DNA from: Rotaria socialis
Lineage: Eukaryota
Assembly (NCBI GenBank): GCA_905331295.1
Contig: CAJNYD010000548.1
Location: forward strand, 124,001-183,393
DNA: 59,393 nucleotides
Direction: 5' to 3'
The notes below the pieces were generated by a model that worked only from the letters and a program-made list of their open reading frames with translations, was not told the origin of the DNA and made no database searches. Positions 55,901-59,393 of the stretch are shown piece by piece; the first letter of the stretch is position 1, and the number at the start of each line of letters is the position of its first letter. Position numbers and translations under genes: made by a program.

Positions 55901-56964
55901 ATATGAACCTGCCGTGGGATTCACACCAGCATAAATAGTTGACAGTTTGATGATTGTTATTGAAATGCAATTAGTAAAATATATATTCTTTGAAAATTTT
56001 CGGGTGAATGAATTATTCTATTAAATCAAGTTTTCCAACAACTAAGAAAGGAAAAAACTCATAATTTCTTCTTTAATAAAGCCATATTTATGCACCGTGT
56101 CTCTTTTTATCTCTTGAAGATGTTCATTCTTCACTTGTACCATCAAATCTTGTACCGGACGATTGTCTCACTTTACTTGAATATTACTATCCATATACAT
56201 TATCATCATTTTATGAACACTATATGTCAAATAAAACTGAACAACTTTATGTCGTAGCCGATGAGCTTCGCAATCTTCTTGTAAATAATTCTGATAATGA
56301 ATTTTTATCATCAATTAAATTTCATATAAAACCTGAACGCCTGAAATTATTCGATGAACTTTCAACAACAAAATCTCATATTCCATATGAATATTATTTA
56401 ATTGAAGATAATTATCTATCAACAGCATGGAATATAATTGAAAATTTTCAAGAAGAAGTTTTCCAACCAAGCCATACATTTTTCGAACTCAACGGTCATC
56501 ATACAATTGAGCACGGAATATTTTTACAGCCAACAATAGCTGAACTTTATTCAAATGAAACAACACGTCAAGCCGCACTTCTACTTATTGCACACGAACT
56601 TGGTCATGCATTGTGTCCGTGTGGAATCAATCAAACTGAACGTGAATATTACGCTGATCTGATTGCACTTCATCTAATTATTGATTATAATGAACAACAA
56701 TGGAATCGGACATTAACACCGATGGATTTAAAAACATTTTTTATTACATATGTTCAATCAGAATGTATGCATATCAATCATGAGATTGTTTCATTAATGA
56801 ATAAACAAAAATATTTTATTGAATTACATATCAATCGAGTATTACAAGAAAATGATGAATTTCAAACAATATTCAATTGTTCCTCGAATCAAGATAGATC
56901 AACAAGAAAAATGAGTAGTCTATTACTGGAATTATGTGCTACATGTAGAAAAGTCAAACATTAA
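52933..56964 (+). CDS. Divergent M13 (neprilysin/ECE-like) type II membrane metallopeptidase, 3 coding exons
   Basis: Exons 52933-53588, 54458-55668 and 56120-56964 splice in phase. There is a cytoplasmic tail and TM helix, then DLSADICNDFYGFTCRKW (M13 N-terminal motif), IAHELGH, EYYAD, FFITYVQSEC and NDEFQTIFNC. Confidence 0.85.
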
Positions 56965-57349
56965 TGTTCGAATTTTCTTAATAATGCATGGGGTTATTCG
57001 CCTAGAAAGAAATAGATCAATTTGAAAAAGTAACCCGATAGAGAAAAATAACACGTCTGTAATTTTCTTTGACAATAAATGAAATTTTTAATAGATCTTT
57101 CTCTGTCTTGAACATGTTCAAAGATTCCAAGAATATTAATGCTCAAATGACAGATATGCAATTTTTAATTAAATAGGCTATTTCTGCTGACATTGTATCA
57201 TTAGATAATTGTCTCAAAATTATTAAAAGCTTTGCTAGAGTGATGCAATTCGACATGTTTGTGGATTCGTTGACTTTAAATTATATAAAACTCTATAACT
57301 CTAGGTGTCACAAAAAATAAGAATTTAATTCTACTAGGGGAAAATAGTA

Positions 57350-58196
57350 ACGGGTGGCCCAGAATAAATGAAGCTCTCAGTATTTCATTAATATCTCGCC
57401 CAATGTTCATTGTACAGAGTTGAAAATTTCTCTAAAAGATGCGCCATTCAATTCTTCACCAAACGCGTATCAAAACATTCTCTGAAGATAGATAAGCAGA
57501 AAATTTTTTAAATTATACTAAACACATACAAAACGACCACCTTTCACAACCATTGTAAAGATAAAAGATAGAACGTTTTTTACACTACCTTACACAATGA
57601 AACAAAAGTGAAGATGTTTTTGAGTACTATGAAGTACTCTTTGTGGCCACGTAGTTCAAAGTTCGGTGAAATCACTTGGAAATTAAAGAAGCTGACTTTT
57701 CAAAATCCTATCAAAAATACCTCAAATCTGATATTTTTGCCAACTGAATTGAAGAAGAGAGTTTGATGTCAACTTGCGTGTGTGAATCTGATACAGTAGT
57801 GATTTTCCATCAAAATAAAGAAAACTCGAACCCGAAAGACGATACTTTGGCTTAGTTATGCCTCTTTTCACAAGAGCTTCGAAATTGCAGATCGAAACAG
57901 CTATGTTTTCGAAAATCTAAAAACGAAAATAAGCGTTGTATGTCACAAGGATGAGCACAACAATTTTCAAGGGCTACAAAATGCTTATTTTATTTTATTT
58001 CCATCGTAGTTAGTCAATTGAAAAGCCTGCAAAAACGGTTTTTCATCGTTGAAAGTTGACATTTTAGTGCGTCTTCAGTACTATTTAAAACGTTGTTTCC
58101 TTGACTCTCTTCAAAAAGATGTTCGACATGAGTTTTGTCAAGAATTGAGTGGCGCATCTTTTAGAAATAGTCAACCCTGTAAGATGAAAATTTGGG
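57350..58196. mobile_element. Tc1/mariner-like non-autonomous element with long TIRs; right TIR truncated
   Basis: The left end is TA-ACGGGTGGCCC. About 57399-57490 is the inverted copy of about 58108-58196 (TCTAAAAGATGCGCCA.TCAATTCTT). Confidence 0.65.
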
Positions 58197-58240
58197 TATA
58201 GGCGCTAGTGATGAGGACGTCCGCGCCCACACACCCTAGT
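58194..58240 (+). mobile_element. Helitron-like 3' terminus
   Basis: GC-rich imperfect hairpin GGGTATAGGCGC...GCGCCCACACACCC running into CTAG|T at 58236-58240. Confidence 0.55.
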
Positions 58241-58517
58241 GTCAGTCTCTAATTATATTTACATTGAAGATGCGCATACTAGATCTGAAAATCGTGTTTA
58301 AATTTCCATCGAAAACTTTGGATCAACACCCGAGAACTTTCGTTCGTTAGATTCTATATATCCTCATATTTGAGACGCAGAAAACAAAGACTTTAGCAGA
58401 AGAACAGAACGAATAATAATCCTTTTAATTTTACTTAATAAATAAAATCTATTTAGAAAATAAAAAACAACATTTTTCCTAGAACAACATTTTAGATTAT
58501 AAATTAATCGTAAATGA

Positions 58518-59393
58518 TCAAAAATGGTCTTGACACGAGCATTGACCATTTGGATAAAAGTGATGAATACGATTAGCATCACGAACAACAATATCACATT
58601 GTTCAATTTTTGCAATCACTTTTGTAAATTCATCTTAAATATTAAAAAACAAATGTTGACGATTGATTGAAATGAAAATAATCGAATATCTACTTACGAC
58701 AATGACCACAAACACGAAGATTTTTAACAACCTGAATAAATTTTGGAGCAGGTTCTTGAATCAAATTCAATGCGATTACCAATAGTTCACTATGGCCACA
58801 TAGAACAGATTCAATTGATTCATTTTCGTTTAATGAACGAGTTATCCAAGATGAATCAAATATGAAACCATTTTCAATAGCTTTTGATTTTAAACGATCA
58901 ATTTTAGCATAGATTTCAGTTGACTGTGGATGAGAATGATCATGAGCTTTAAGTTGCTAAAAATGAATCAACAAAGGACTTATACTTAAATATTAAATTT
59001 AAAAGAAACTACTTTACCACTATATGACCTTTTATTTCAGTCCATGACAATCCTACTTTTACTTTGACTCTCAATTCTTCTATTTGATTAGAGCGAAAAT
59101 TTTTAGCTTCTTCATATTTGCCTAACGACGAATATATATTTGAAAGAAGAATTACACCGGCTGCAAGACTTTGTTTTGCATTAGGAAATAAAGTTTTCAT
59201 TCGTTTATATATTTTTTCAGATAAATTACTATTTCGATTATTACGTGCACCGGATAACAAAGACACTAATATAAAAATAAAGAATTTGATAAACAACAAT
59301 ATAATATTATTAAAGTAATACTAACTATACATGACAATACTTGGTGTATTTGTCTTTTCATAATCTTCAATCAACTTTTGTGCTTCATCAAAC
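58518..59393 (-). CDS. PPR protein with E and DYW deaminase domains (3' part; 5' end lies outside the window)
   Basis: Introns are 59325-59266, 59017-58957 and 58697-58634. The spliced product reads FDEAQKLIEDY..MYMSLLSGARN..LLSNIYSSLG..KVGLSWTEIKG..AHDHSHPQSTEIY..CGHSELLVIAL..KNLRVCGHCHEFTKVIA..IVVRDANRIHHFYPNGQCSCQDHF*. Confidence 0.95.

Noticed and set aside
55908..55932. Fragment resembling a tRNA T arm in M13 intron 2
   Set aside because: The B box is broken and the rest of a cloverleaf is missing.

Overview
AT-rich eukaryotic genomic DNA with many short (mostly 45-70 nt) GT-AG introns. The gene content (animal ciliary, transport and signalling genes mixed with an intron-bearing PPR-DYW gene and bacterial-type proteins) suggests a bdelloid rotifer; this is inference. 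In order, the window holds tRNA-Lys(CTT), a secreted bacterial-type beta-propeller-like gene, MNS1 and EFHC2 (adjacent ciliary microtubule inner proteins), a K-Cl cotransporter, a class I SAM methyltransferase and an ERK-type MAPK. A ~14 kb gene-free tract follows, rich in non-autonomous DNA transposons and carrying a degenerate tRNA-like element. The right part has a DUF2059 protein, a FLYWCH-carrying Mutator element, a probable pseudogene, a highly divergent M13 peptidase and the 3' part of a PPR-E-DYW gene that runs off the window. The main leads are the animal PPR-DYW deaminase with variant motifs (HSEL, terminal DHF), about four of nine protein genes looking horizontally acquired yet spliced, and an M13 peptidase with a collapsed active-site spacer. 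All calls were made by eye, with no database searches.
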